64,000 nucleotides of DNA from Gemmatimonadales bacterium (GTDB lineage Bacteria > Gemmatimonadota > Gemmatimonadetes > Gemmatimonadales > GWC2-71-9), in contig DATLKF010000007.1 of assembly GCA_035538515.1 (NCBI GenBank), forward strand, positions 131,438 through 195,437, given 5' to 3'. A program made the translations under genes and the position numbers. Positions within the stretch are counted from its first letter, which is position 1. The number at the start of each line of letters is the position of its first letter. This document shows positions 18,571 through 28,636 of the stretch, piece after piece. The notes beneath the pieces were generated by a model. The model had not been told where the DNA came from and did no database searches. It was given only the letters and a program-made list of their open reading frames with translations.

Positions 18571-19740
18571 TCAGCGTAGCGCCCACTCGTATATACGCTC
18601 CAGCAGGGCCCGCGTGGCGTCGTCCACCGCCACGTCGCGCCGCGGCAGCACACGCTCCGCGGTGGTCACGAACCCCTGCTTGCTCATCCGCGCGTCGCCC
18701 GCCGCGCCCCAGGCGAACGGCGGCACGTACTTGGGCGGTCGCACGGGATCGAACACGTTCGCCCCAGTTCCGATCACAGTCCCGGTGGAGAGCAGCGTGC
18801 CGATGGCGGTCTTGGCATGGTCGCCGATCAGACTGCCGAGAAACTGCAACCCCGTTTCCACCGCGGTGCCCGCGATGTCCAGGCGCACGCGGCCGTACGT
18901 GTTCTTCAGGTTCGAGGTGATCGTGCCGGCGCCCAGATTCGCCCACCGGCCGATCACGGAGTGGCCCACGAAGCCGTCGTGCGCCTTGTTGGCGTACCCG
19001 AGGAACACGCATGTCGAGAGCTCTCCGCGCGCGTTGACCCGCGGACCGATCGCCGAGCCGCGCACCGGTCCGCCGAGCAGGTGCGCGTTCGCGCCGACCC
19101 AGAGCGGTCCCTCGAGCCGCGTGCCGGCGCGCACCTCGGCGCCGCTCTCGAGCACTACCGGACCATTGCGTACATCGAAGACGGCGCCGGGTTCCACGGC
19201 CGCGTCGTGCAGCGCGATCGCCGCGGGATCGCCCAACACGATGCTCCCCGCTGGGACCGGATCCGTGTCGCCGAGCATCGCGCGCAGGTCGGCGGGGAGC
19301 AACCGCTCGAGGGCGGGCACAAGGTCGTGCACGCCCCGCAGCACCAAGCCGGGAACCTCGACCGCTGCGGCGTGCGGTTGCGGCCCGTCCCAGGTCGCGC
19401 CCGGCCCGATCCCCCAGCCGACGGTGACGCCGCCGTTGGTGAGGCGAAACGCGCCCTCGGGGAGCGTGGGCGCGAGCCCGCTGGGCGCGAACGTCGACGA
19501 GCCGATCACCGCCGGCCCCGTCACGGGACGCCGTGCGCTCACCGACGGCACACCGGGTTCGGAGAACCCCGCCAGGTGAGGTAGGGCGAAGACGCCGGCC
19601 GCCTCGGTGCCGATGAACGTCTCCCAGCGCTCGCGGATGAGGTGCGCCCCGGCTCGCAGCTCGCACAGCGGGCGCGACCCGGCGAAGGGGGCCCACGCGG
19701 GTGACGGCTCGGGATCGAGCAGGTAGAGCGCGTGCGTCAC
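18571..19740 (-). CDS. GlmU-like putative sugar nucleotidyltransferase with left-handed beta-helix repeats
   Basis: The N-terminal nucleotidyltransferase-like region lacks the canonical GxGxR motif. The C-terminal half has hexapeptide-type repeats (GANAHLLGGPVRGSAIGPRVNARGELSTCV...). Confidence 0.65.
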   Translation of the reverse strand: MTHALYLLDPEPSPAWAPFAGSRPLCELRAGAHLIRERWETFIGTEAAGVFALPHLAGFSEPGVPSVSARRPVTGPAVIGSSTFAPSGLAPTLPEGAFRLTNGGVTVGWGIGPGATWDGPQPHAAAVEVPGLVLRGVHDLVPALERLLPADLRAMLGDTDPVPAGSIVLGDPAAIALHDAAVEPGAVFDVRNGPVVLESGAEVRAGTRLEGPLWVGANAHLLGGPVRGSAIGPRVNARGELSTCVFLGYANKAHDGFVGHSVIGRWANLGAGTITSNLKNTYGRVRLDIAGTAVETGLQFLGSLIGDHAKTAIGTLLSTGTVIGTGANVFDPVRPPKYVPPFAWGAAGDARMSKQGFVTTAERVLPRRDVAVDDATRALLERIYEWALR

Positions 19741-20747
19741 AGTCGGCGCACGAGCTCCTTCAGATGGTCCGCCCGACCGGTCGGCATGACCAGGGTGTGG
19801 CCGTTGGCGCGTACCACGATGGTGTCTTCGAGCCCGATCACCGCGATGTGCTCGCCGTCGGACCAGATTAGCGAGCGGCGCACGTCATCCGCCACGGTGG
19901 CGTTGCCCACCACCACGTTCCCGCGCGCGTCGGGCTTCCGGATGCGCAGCAGCGCGTCCCACGAGCCGATATCGTCCCATCCGAATGTTCCCGACACGAC
20001 CGCCAGCCGCTTGCTTCGCTCGAGCACCGCGACGTCGACGGCGACTGGCCGCACCGCGGCGAAGAAGCCCGCCACATCACCCGCGGCGAGTGCCGGCCAC
20101 CCTGGTTTCAGCTCGCGCGCGTAGGCGCCCGCTTCCCCGAGGAACCGGGCCACCCCCCAACCGAACAGACCGCTGTTCCAGAGCGCCCCCCGGCGCCGCA
20201 GCAGCGCGGCGCGCGCCGGCGACGGCTTTTCCACGAACCGCCGGACGGCGTGGGCCCCGCCCAGCGGCTTCCCAGGAACGATGTAGCCATATCCGGCCTC
20301 GTTCCGCGATGGCGTGACGCCGACGGTGACCAGCAGGTCGTATTCGGCCGCCACCGCCAGCGCCTGACGGGCGGCGGCGCGGAACGCGCGATCGTCGCTC
20401 ACCGCCCAGTCGGCGTGCAGGGACAGCATCTGGGCGCCGGAGTCGCGTTGCGAAATCCAGTGCGCCGCCCAGGCGAGCGCCGGCGCGGTCGACGCGGCGC
20501 GTGGCTCGGCGAGCACCTGCGCCCGCGGGACCTGGGGGACCGCTCGAGCCACCGCGTCCACCAGGAATGGCCCGGTGACGAGGACGATGCGCTCGGGCGG
20601 GACGAGGCCGTCGAGCCGCTCGACGGCCTGCACCAGCAGGGGACGGTCGCCGACGAGGGGAAGCAGCTGTTTGGGCCGGGCCGGGGTCGACAGCGGCCAG
20701 AACCGAGTGCCCGATCCGCCCGCGAGAATCGCGGCCCAGACGCTCAT
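19737..20747 (-). CDS. mannose-1-phosphate guanylyltransferase
   Basis: ILAGGSGTRFWPLS...PKQLL N-terminal signature and the length of the GMP family. 4-nt overlaps with both neighbours. Confidence 0.82.
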   Translation of the reverse strand: MSVWAAILAGGSGTRFWPLSTPARPKQLLPLVGDRPLLVQAVERLDGLVPPERIVLVTGPFLVDAVARAVPQVPRAQVLAEPRAASTAPALAWAAHWISQRDSGAQMLSLHADWAVSDDRAFRAAARQALAVAAEYDLLVTVGVTPSRNEAGYGYIVPGKPLGGAHAVRRFVEKPSPARAALLRRRGALWNSGLFGWGVARFLGEAGAYARELKPGWPALAAGDVAGFFAAVRPVAVDVAVLERSKRLAVVSGTFGWDDIGSWDALLRIRKPDARGNVVVGNATVADDVRRSLIWSDGEHIAVIGLEDTIVVRANGHTLVMPTGRADHLKELVRRL

Positions 20748-21172
20748 CGCGTGTCGGAGGGATTGGCGGGGGTCTCGCCCAGCAGCGCGGCGATGCGGGC
20801 CGTGAGCTTGCTCGGGCTGAACGGCTTGGTCAGGAGTACCGCTCCCAGGGCCTCCGCTTCTTGGAGGACGCGCTCCTCACCTTCGGCGGTAAGCACGATG
20901 ACGGGAAACTCGCGGGTTTGGGCATGCTCGCGGAGCTCGCGCAACAGGTCGAGCCCGGACCCGTCGGGCAGGTGGAGGTCGAGGAGCATGGCGTCGAGTG
21001 GCGCCGAGCGATCGCTCAGCACGCCGCGCGCGTCCGCGAGAGTGCGCGCGAGACTTACCCGATAACCGAGGCGCTCGAGGTGCGGGCGCAACAACAACCC
21101 GATGTGCGGCTCGTCGTCGACCACGAGGAGATGCCGCCGATGGGGCGGGGGCGGGGGCGGGGGGGGCGACAC
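20744..21172 (-). CDS. single-domain response regulator (receiver)
   Basis: LLVVDDEP...DLHLPDGSGLDLLRELR...VIVLTA...KPF. The N-terminal poly-Pro is encoded by a C-run. Confidence 0.85.
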   Translation of the reverse strand: MSPPPPPPPPHRRHLLVVDDEPHIGLLLRPHLERLGYRVSLARTLADARGVLSDRSAPLDAMLLDLHLPDGSGLDLLRELREHAQTREFPVIVLTAEGEERVLQEAEALGAVLLTKPFSPSKLTARIAALLGETPANPSDTR

Positions 21173-21188
21173 GAGAGGCCGCTCCCGA

Positions 21189-21542
21189 TCAGAGGAGGCC
21201 GGCGATCGCCGAACGGTGCCGGCGCAGGTCGTACAGCAGCGCGCCCACGTTGGTCGACGGGCGCACCAGGACGACGAGCAGGGCGTCGCTGTTCAGGACG
21301 CAGAGCACGGCGAGGCCGGCGCCGAACTCGAGCACGCCGGTGCCGAACTCTCCGCGTCCACCGGCCTGACCGAGCTGCGCCATGCCGTTGATCACCGAGG
21401 GCAGCAGCGCGGCGACGTTCTCGCCGTCGACCCCGTTGGCGGTGCGGGAGTCGATCGGCAGGCCGTCGCGCCCGACGACGAGCACCGCATCGACGCCGCT
21501 GCGACGGCTCAACGCCTCGACGACTTCACGGATCGTCGGCAT
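21189..21542 (-). CDS. Roadblock/LC7 (MglB-like) domain protein
   Basis: 117 aa. The pattern VDAVLVVGRDGLPI...AALLPSV...G...VLEF..G..VL..L....LVVLV is typical of the Roadblock/LC7 fold. Confidence 0.7.
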   Translation of the reverse strand: MPTIREVVEALSRRSGVDAVLVVGRDGLPIDSRTANGVDGENVAALLPSVINGMAQLGQAGGRGEFGTGVLEFGAGLAVLCVLNSDALLVVLVRPSTNVGALLYDLRRHRSAIAGLL

Positions 21543-21635
21543 ACGGCGGCCAAGCTAGGAATCGGCACTAGCGAAGTCAAGCAGCCACCGTGGGTTGACC
21601 CACTTGGACGGCGCGCGGTATCTTCCCGGCACCGC

Positions 21636-22205
21636 ATGCCTCTCCGCTGCCCGCTCCCAGTGCTCGTCGTCGCTGCCGCTGCTGCCACGGCCGTGGTTGT
21701 CGACGCGTGCAGCAGTAGCACCGGGTTGCCCGCTGCGGCCATCGCCAATGTGATCGACACCGTGTCGCTGTACGCGATCCGGGGAACTGCGATCTCCACG
21801 CCCTCCGCGTACTCGCTCTCCGCCAATCAGGCGGTCCTGGTCCAGAATGCCTCGTTGGACTTCGCGTTCGATTTCGATTCGATCGGCCAGCCCGCGCTGT
21901 TTCCCACGGGCGCGCTCCGTCTGGGCACGTCGTCGGGATTGCAAACCTCGACGACGGCGTTCGATGCGGTGAAGCTCGCGCCGACGGGGAACTACATCCT
22001 CGACAAGCCGATCGCACTCGACACGGGAACGGTCGTGCTCGTGAGCTCGCGGCCCACGCCGTGCGTGTTCGGCGTGACGGTGTCGTACTACGCCAAGCTC
22101 CGGGTCATTCGGGTGGATTCGACGGCGCGGCGGCTGGACTTCGTGATCCTCGTCGACCAGAACTGCGGCTACCGCGGTCTCGAGCCCGGTCTCCCCACTC
22201 AGTAG
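21636..22205 (+). CDS. hypothetical lipoprotein
   Basis: ATG 21636. Signal plus lipobox VVDAC. No family recognised. The upstream part of ORF 21102.. is antisense to real genes. Confidence 0.55.
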   Translation: MPLRCPLPVLVVAAAAATAVVVDACSSSTGLPAAAIANVIDTVSLYAIRGTAISTPSAYSLSANQAVLVQNASLDFAFDFDSIGQPALFPTGALRLGTSSGLQTSTTAFDAVKLAPTGNYILDKPIALDTGTVVLVSSRPTPCVFGVTVSYYAKLRVIRVDSTARRLDFVILVDQNCGYRGLEPGLPTQ

Positions 22206-22209
22206 CACC

Positions 22210-23499
22210 GTGATCGACCTCAAGTTGCTGCGCGCCTCGCCTCAGCAGGTGCGCTCGGCGCTCGCCCGGCGCGCCGATCCCACGGTCACGCGCCTGCTCG
22301 ACGAGCTCGAGGCGCTCGAGATGCGGCGACGTGCGCTCGCCGGCCAGCTCGACCAGCTCAACGCCGAGCGCAACGCGGCGGCCAAGGACGATGCGCGGGT
22401 GATGAAGCAGCACGGCGAGCTGCCCGCCCCCGTGCGCGAAGAGCGCCGCCGTCTAGGAGCCCGCATCGACGCGCTGGCCGCCGAGCTGCGTGAAGTCGAG
22501 GCGGCCGTCGAGCAGAAACTCCTGTTCGTTCCCAACCTGCCGCTGCCGGACGTGCCCGAGGGCGACGAGACGCACAACAAGGTGGTGCGGACGTGGGGCC
22601 AACCCACCCCCAAGGGAGGCCGGCCGCATTGGGAGATCGGGGAGTCCCTCGGCCTCCTGGATCTCGCCCGCGGCGCGAAGCTCGCCGGCTCCGGGTTTCC
22701 GGTGTTTGTGGGCGCCGGATCGAAGCTCGTGCGCGGGCTGATCAATTTCATGCTCGATCTTCACACGGTCGAGCACGGTTATCTCGAGGTCGAGCCGCCG
22801 TTCGTCGTGCGCCGCGAGAGCATGATCGGCACCGGCCAGCTCCCGAAGTTCGAAGACGACGCGTACAAGACGACGCCGGACGATCTGTTTCTCGTTCCCA
22901 CGGCGGAGGTCCCCGTCACGAACCTGCACCGCGACGAGATCCTGGACGGCGCCGCGCTGCCGCTCGGCTATACTGCATATACGCCGTGCTTCCGCCGCGA
23001 GGCTGGCGCCGCCGGGAAAGACACGCGCGGCCTGCTGCGAGTGCATCAGTTCGACAAGGTCGAGCTGGTGCGGTTCTGTCGAGCCGCGGACTCGCCGGCC
23101 GAGCACGAGAAGATGACCGGACACGCCGAGGAGGTCCTGCGGCGGCTCGAGCTGCCCTACCGCGTGGTGCTGATGGCGATCGGAGACCTGGGCTTCGCCG
23201 CCGCCAAGAAGTACGACCTCGAGGTCTGGGCGCCGGGCGTGGGGCAATGGCTCGAGGTCTCGAGCTCCAGCACCTTCACCGACTTCCAGGCCCGGCGCGC
23301 CAACATCCGTTGCCGCGGCGGCTCGGGCACGAAGGTCGAGTTCGTGCATACCCTCAACGCCTCGGGTGTGGCGCTACCGCGTACGATCGCCGCCTTGCTC
23401 GAGACCCATCAGCAATCGGACGGGTCCGTGACCGTGCCCCGGGCGCTTGTGGCGTACGTGGGGACGGACCGCCTCGTGCCGCCGGCGCGTGGCGCGTAA
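22210..23499 (+). CDS. serS: serine--tRNA ligase
   Basis: 429 aa with an N-terminal coiled-coil arm and class II core motifs (FRREAG..., [23 protein letters not shown]). Confidence 0.95.
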   Translation: MIDLKLLRASPQQVRSALARRADPTVTRLLDELEALEMRRRALAGQLDQLNAERNAAAKDDARVMKQHGELPAPVREERRRLGARIDALAAELREVEAAVEQKLLFVPNLPLPDVPEGDETHNKVVRTWGQPTPKGGRPHWEIGESLGLLDLARGAKLAGSGFPVFVGAGSKLVRGLINFMLDLHTVEHGYLEVEPPFVVRRESMIGTGQLPKFEDDAYKTTPDDLFLVPTAEVPVTNLHRDEILDGAALPLGYTAYTPCFRREAGAAGKDTRGLLRVHQFDKVELVRFCRAADSPAEHEKMTGHAEEVLRRLELPYRVVLMAIGDLGFAAAKKYDLEVWAPGVGQWLEVSSSSTFTDFQARRANIRCRGGSGTKVEFVHTLNASGVALPRTIAALLETHQQSDGSVTVPRALVAYVGTDRLVPPARGA

Positions 23500-24685
23500 C
23501 GCGGCGCTGCGCCGCGCCGGTCCTCCCGCGGTGGTCGGACTGGCGCTGCTGCTGGGTGCCATCACGGTCGGATACGCCTGGGTGGTGGCGCGCCACCTGC
23601 GCGACGACGCGCGCCAGACCAGCATGCTGCTCGGGCGCGTGTTCGCAGGGCTGAACAATCCGGACTCCGCCGCGGCCACCGACGCCCTGCTGGACCTGGC
23701 CCGGCAAGTCCGCACGCTCGGCATCGCTATCGTCGTGACCGACACCGCGGGCCAGATCACCGCGCTCGACAACGCGCCTCCGACCGTGGGCGCCGATACC
23801 GCGCGGTTGCGCGCGTGGATCGCCCAGCTGGACGTCGAGAACGCCCCGCTGGTCCAGCCGGGGGTCGGCACGATCCACTACGGCTCGGGTCCGACGGCGC
23901 GTCGGTTCACCTGGATCGCGGTGCTGGAAGGTGCGGTGCTCGTGTGCCTGGCGGTGCTCGCCGGCTGGGCGTACCGGTCGCAGGTGGCGGCGGCGCGCGA
24001 TCGGCTGTGGGTGGCCATGGCGCGGGAGTCGGCGCACCAGCTGGGCACGCCGCTGATGAGCCTCACGGGATGGATTGCCTACCTGCGGGAAAACCCGGGT
24101 ACAGCAGGAGCGGACCTCGCCGATCATCTTCAGGCCGATGCGGAGCGTCTCGAGCGGGTGGCCAAGCGGTTCGAGCGCATCGGCCGGCCGGCGCGGCGGG
24201 AGCCGGTGGGCCTGGGAGCGCTGGCGGAGCGCGTGGTGAGCTACTTCCGACCTCGGTTGCCGACGCTCGCGAGCCCCGTGACGCTCGTGTTGCGCGCCAC
24301 CGGGCCGGGGCCGACCGCGCTGGGTGATCCGGTGCTGCTCGAATGGGCGCTCGAAGCGGTGATCAAGAACGCGATCGACGCGCTGTCGGGCCGCGGCGGG
24401 CGGATCGACGTGACGGTCGAGGCGGCGGCTCGGACCGCGCGCGTGAGCGTCCGCGACGACGGGCCCGGCGTCCCGGTCGACGTTCGCCCTCAGCTGTTCG
24501 AGCCGGGTGTCTCGACCAAGCCGGGGGGCTGGGGTATCGGGCTCGCGCTGGCGCGGCGGATCGTCGAGCAGCAGCACGGCGGCCGCCTCCTCTACCGGCC
24601 GGCGCCGGTGGGGGCAGGGGGAGGGGGGGCCGGCAGCGAAGGGGCCGAGTTCGTGCTGGAATTCCCACTCGTAGGGGCATCGTGA
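23489..24685 (+). CDS. sensor histidine kinase
   Basis: Two TM segments, H-box [12 protein letters not shown] and an ATPase domain (NAIDA, DDGPGV, GGWGIGL). Start inferred at GTG 23489, overlapping the serS end. Confidence 0.8.
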   Translation: MARNAALRRAGPPAVVGLALLLGAITVGYAWVVARHLRDDARQTSMLLGRVFAGLNNPDSAAATDALLDLARQVRTLGIAIVVTDTAGQITALDNAPPTVGADTARLRAWIAQLDVENAPLVQPGVGTIHYGSGPTARRFTWIAVLEGAVLVCLAVLAGWAYRSQVAAARDRLWVAMARESAHQLGTPLMSLTGWIAYLRENPGTAGADLADHLQADAERLERVAKRFERIGRPARREPVGLGALAERVVSYFRPRLPTLASPVTLVLRATGPGPTALGDPVLLEWALEAVIKNAIDALSGRGGRIDVTVEAAARTARVSVRDDGPGVPVDVRPQLFEPGVSTKPGGWGIGLALARRIVEQQHGGRLLYRPAPVGAGGGGAGSEGAEFVLEFPLVGAS

Positions 24686-26943
24686 CGCTGCCACTCAATC
24701 CGGCGCAGACCGCGGCGGTGCTGCATCCCGACGGACCGCTGCTCGTGCTCGCGGGGGCGGGCTCGGGGAAGACGCGAGTGCTGACCGCGCGCATCGCGCA
24801 TCTGATTCGCGAGCGCGGTGTGGCTCCGTCCCGCATCTTCGCGGTGACGTTCACCAACAAGGCGGCCGGCGAGATGCGCACTCGTGTGGCCGCGCTGCTC
24901 GGCGCCGACCCGCGGGGCCTCTGGATCGGAACCTTCCACTCCTTGTCGGCGCGGTTGCTGCGGCGCGAGGCGCCGCTGCTCGGGTTCGGCTCCAACTTTA
25001 CCATCTACGATCAGGACGACTCCGAGTCCTTCATCAAGCGCCTGCTGGAGGGGCGGGGGCTCTCCCCCAAGGCGAATCCCCCGCGCGCCATCCACGCGAT
25101 CATCTCGGGCGCGAAGAACCGCATGCTCCTTCCTGAGGAGCTGGGGGCGAGCGCCGACAGCCCGCTCCAGCGGGTCGCGGCGGACATTTACGCCGCGCTC
25201 GGCCCCGCCCTGCGACAGGCCAACGCGATGGACTTCGACGACCTGCTGCTCCTGCCCCTCACGCTGTTCGCCGAGCATCCGGAGCGGCTGGCCTACTGGC
25301 AGGGCCGGTTCCAACACGTGCTGGTGGACGAGTTCCAGGATACCAACGCCGCGCAGTACCGACTGGTGAAGCAGCTCGCGAGCCAGCACAAGAATCTCTG
25401 CGTGGTGGGGGATGACGACCAGGCGATCTATGGCTGGCGGGGCGCCGACGTGCGACACATGCTGTCGTTCCAGCAGGACTTTCCCGGCACGACGCTCATC
25501 AAGCTGGAGCAGAACTACCGCTCCACGCAGGTGATCCTCGACGCCGCCAATGGCGTCATCGCGGAAAACGCGGGGCGACTCGGGAAAACGCTGTTCACCG
25601 CGCGGCAGGGCGGCGAGCCAGTCACCCTCCTCACCGCCGCCGACGAGCGCGACGAGGCCGAGTGGCTCGCCGGGGAGCTGGCGCGGCGGGCCGCCGAGGG
25701 CGACACACCCTATGAAGGAATGGCGATTCTCTACCGGACCAACGCGCAGTCACGCCCGCTGGAGGAGGCATTCCGCTTTCGGGGCATCCCGTACCGGCTG
25801 GTGGGCGCGGTGAGCTTCTACGAGCGCCGGGAGGTCAAGGACGTACTCGCCTACCTCCGCCTCATCGCCAACCCGGCGGACGACGAGGCGTGCGCGCGGA
25901 TCGTGAACGTTCCGCGCCGCGGCATCGGCGACGCGTCGGTCACGCAGCTGGTGCGCGCCGCGACGCAGTGGGGCAAGCCGCTGCTCGAAACCGCACGGGA
26001 CGCCGAGCGGATTCCGGACCTGCGCCCCAACGTGCGAGAAGCGTTCGTGGGCCTCGTCCGGGTCATCGACGAGCTGCGGGCGCGGTACGCCGAGGCGGAC
26101 CCGGCGACGGCGCTCGAGCAGGCGGTCGCCGCGGTGGACTACGCCGGGTACCTCGCCGACGAGGGCCCCGAGGGCGTCGAGCGGTCGGACAACGTGCAAG
26201 AGCTCATCGCTGGCGCGGCGGAATGGGCGGAGACGGCGGGACAAGACGGGGAAGAGGCCGGGGAGGAGGCCGGGGAAGGGGGAAGAGCGCGCGCGAGCCT
26301 TATCGAGCGGTATCTGACGCAGGCGGCGCTCGTGACGCCCGCCGATCAGGGGAGCGGCGACCCGACCGGCGTGACCCTGATGACCGTCCACATGGCCAAG
26401 GGGCTGGAATGGTCCGTCGTGACGCTCGCCGGGCTCGAGGACGGTTTGTTTCCGCTCGCCCGGGCGGCGGGCGAGCCCGGAGGGCTCGAAGAGGAACGAC
26501 GCTTGTGCTACGTGGGGCTCACGCGGGCGCGCGAAAAACTGTATCTCTCATGGGCGCGCACGCGGTACCGCAACGGTCGGCTCGAGCTGTCCGAGCCGTC
26601 CCGGTTTCTCGAAGCGGTCCCGGGGAGCGTGGCGGAGGAGCGCGCGACGACCCCCCTGTGGGACCGCACGGCGCGGGGGGCGCGCGCCGGCGCGGAGCCA
26701 AGCCGACCACGCCGTGCGGTGCCGCTGCCGCTCGACTGGGACGTCGAGACGTCACAGGACGCCCCGCGCTACGTGTCGGGGGAGCGCGTGCGACACCGCA
26801 AGTTCGGAAGTGGTGTGGTGCGCGCCGTCGCTGGATCGGGGCGTGAGCTCAAGGTGACGGTGGAGTTCGACGATCAGGAAATCGGAACCAAACAGCTGCT
26901 CGTAGCGTACGCCGCCCTCGAGCGCGAGTGGGAGAGTGCATGA
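24682..26943 (+). CDS. uvrD: ATP-dependent DNA helicase UvrD/PcrA family
   Basis: LNPAQ..AV, Walker A AGAGSGKT, DEFQDTN, and the TVHMAKGLEW and YVGLTRAR motifs. GTG 24682 forms a GTGA overlap with the upstream stop. Confidence 0.9.
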   Translation: MTLPLNPAQTAAVLHPDGPLLVLAGAGSGKTRVLTARIAHLIRERGVAPSRIFAVTFTNKAAGEMRTRVAALLGADPRGLWIGTFHSLSARLLRREAPLLGFGSNFTIYDQDDSESFIKRLLEGRGLSPKANPPRAIHAIISGAKNRMLLPEELGASADSPLQRVAADIYAALGPALRQANAMDFDDLLLLPLTLFAEHPERLAYWQGRFQHVLVDEFQDTNAAQYRLVKQLASQHKNLCVVGDDDQAIYGWRGADVRHMLSFQQDFPGTTLIKLEQNYRSTQVILDAANGVIAENAGRLGKTLFTARQGGEPVTLLTAADERDEAEWLAGELARRAAEGDTPYEGMAILYRTNAQSRPLEEAFRFRGIPYRLVGAVSFYERREVKDVLAYLRLIANPADDEACARIVNVPRRGIGDASVTQLVRAATQWGKPLLETARDAERIPDLRPNVREAFVGLVRVIDELRARYAEADPATALEQAVAAVDYAGYLADEGPEGVERSDNVQELIAGAAEWAETAGQDGEEAGEEAGEGGRARASLIERYLTQAALVTPADQGSGDPTGVTLMTVHMAKGLEWSVVTLAGLEDGLFPLARAAGEPGGLEEERRLCYVGLTRAREKLYLSWARTRYRNGRLELSEPSRFLEAVPGSVAEERATTPLWDRTARGARAGAEPSRPRRAVPLPLDWDVETSQDAPRYVSGERVRHRKFGSGVVRAVAGSGRELKVTVEFDDQEIGTKQLLVAYAALEREWESA

Positions 26944-27251
26944 GCGTCACCGACGCAGAAGTCCGTAAGATCGCGCGGCTGGCGGAGCTCGACGTGAGCG
27001 AGGCGGCGCTGCCGTTGCTCGCCGAGCAGATGTCGCGGATTCTCGACTATGTCGCCCAAATCAACGCGGTGACGGCGAGCGAGGGCGTGAAGCCGTTCGT
27101 GCCGGGGCCCGACGCGGTCCGGTTCCGCGCCGATGAGGTGAAGCCGGCGCCGCTCGCGTTCGGCCCGGCCGAGTTCGCGCCCGCATTCAAGGACGGATTC
27201 TTCCTCGTGCCCAAGCTCGGCGCCTTTGACGAGGGGGAGCCCGCGTCGTGA
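26940..27251 (+). CDS. gatC: Asp/Glu-tRNA(Asn/Gln) amidotransferase subunit C
   Basis: MSVTDAEVRKIARLAELDVSE... is a typical GatC N-terminus. ATGA overlap with the uvrD stop. Confidence 0.85.
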   Translation: MSVTDAEVRKIARLAELDVSEAALPLLAEQMSRILDYVAQINAVTASEGVKPFVPGPDAVRFRADEVKPAPLAFGPAEFAPAFKDGFFLVPKLGAFDEGEPAS

Positions 27252-28636
27252 CCGATCCGAGCGAGGCGCTCGCGAGCGCCAGGGCGGGGGCCGATCGCAT
27301 CGTGAAGGCGAAACGGCTCAACGCCTGCCTCACGCCCGTCAAAGAGCTCCGCAAATCCATGCTGGCCCAGGCACAGGCCGCGCATCCGTCCGGGGTCCTG
27401 TACGGCATGCCCGTGGCGGTGAAGGACAACATCTGTACGCTCGAGTTCACCACCACCTGCGGCTCGAAAATCCTGGAAGGCTACCGCTCGCCGTACGAAG
27501 CGACCGCCGTGGCCAGACTCAAGGCGGCGGGAGCGCTGATCGCCGGGAAGACGAATTGTGACGAGTTCGGCATGGGCTCGTCGACCGAGCACTCGGCCTA
27601 CGGGCGCTCGCTCCATCCCTTTGACCGGACGCGCGTCCCCGGCGGCTCGTCGGGTGGCTCGGCGGCGCTGGTCGCGGCCGGCGCCGTGCCCGCGGCCCTC
27701 GGGTCCGAAACGGGCGGCTCGGTGCGCCAGCCGGCGTCGTTGTGCGGCGTGGTCGGTATCAAGCCCACCTACGGACGGGTTTCCCGCTACGGGCTGGTCG
27801 CATTCGGCTCGTCCCTCGACCAGATCGGCGTGCTGGGCCGCAGCGTGCACGACGCGGCGCGCGTGCTGTCGGTGATCAGCGGACGCGATCCCCGAGACTC
27901 GACGTGCGAGGACCGCGATCCCCTCCGACTGCCCACGGTTCCGGAGTCGCTGCAGGGGTTCGTGATCGGGATTCCCAAGGAGTATTTTCCTGCGGACCTG
28001 GATCCCGCGGTGCGGCGGGCGTGCGACAGGGCGATCCGGCTGATGCGGGAACAGGGCGCGGCGATGCGCGACGTGTCCCTGCCGCACACGGCGTACGCGG
28101 TCCCGACCTACTACATCGTCGCGCCGGCGGAGGCCTCGTCCAACCTGGCGCGTTACGACGGCGCCCGGTACGGTCCGCGCTTCAACGGATCGACCGACGT
28201 CCGGGCCCTGTACCGCGCCACCCGAGGCGCGGGCTTCGGGCCGGAAGTGCGGCGCCGGGTGCTGATCGGAACGTACGTCTTGTCCTCAGGCTACTACGAC
28301 GCGTACTATCGCAAGGCTCAGCAGATGCGGGCGCTCATCGCCCAGGACTTTCGGAATGCCTTCGATCGGGGCGTGGATCTGTTGTTTACCCCCACGACCC
28401 CGACGCCGGCGTTCAAGGCGGGCGAAAAGATCGACGATCCGGTGGCGATGTACCTCTCCGACATTTTCACGGTGACGGCGAATCTCACGGCACTGCCCGC
28501 GATCTCGATCCCCATCGGGCGCATCAAGGGCCTCCCGATCGGGGGACAGTTCATCGGCCAGGCCTTCCTCGAGGACGAGATGCTCGAGGCCGCCTACGCG
28601 CTCGAGCGCGTCGTCCCGGCCGCCGAGGAAGCGTAA
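27248..28636 (+). CDS. gatA: Asp/Glu-tRNA(Asn/Gln) amidotransferase subunit A
   Basis: Amidase signature GGSSGGSAALVAAG and full-length GatA similarity. Confidence 0.95.
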   Translation: MTDPSEALASARAGADRIVKAKRLNACLTPVKELRKSMLAQAQAAHPSGVLYGMPVAVKDNICTLEFTTTCGSKILEGYRSPYEATAVARLKAAGALIAGKTNCDEFGMGSSTEHSAYGRSLHPFDRTRVPGGSSGGSAALVAAGAVPAALGSETGGSVRQPASLCGVVGIKPTYGRVSRYGLVAFGSSLDQIGVLGRSVHDAARVLSVISGRDPRDSTCEDRDPLRLPTVPESLQGFVIGIPKEYFPADLDPAVRRACDRAIRLMREQGAAMRDVSLPHTAYAVPTYYIVAPAEASSNLARYDGARYGPRFNGSTDVRALYRATRGAGFGPEVRRRVLIGTYVLSSGYYDAYYRKAQQMRALIAQDFRNAFDRGVDLLFTPTTPTPAFKAGEKIDDPVAMYLSDIFTVTANLTALPAISIPIGRIKGLPIGGQFIGQAFLEDEMLEAAYALERVVPAAEEA

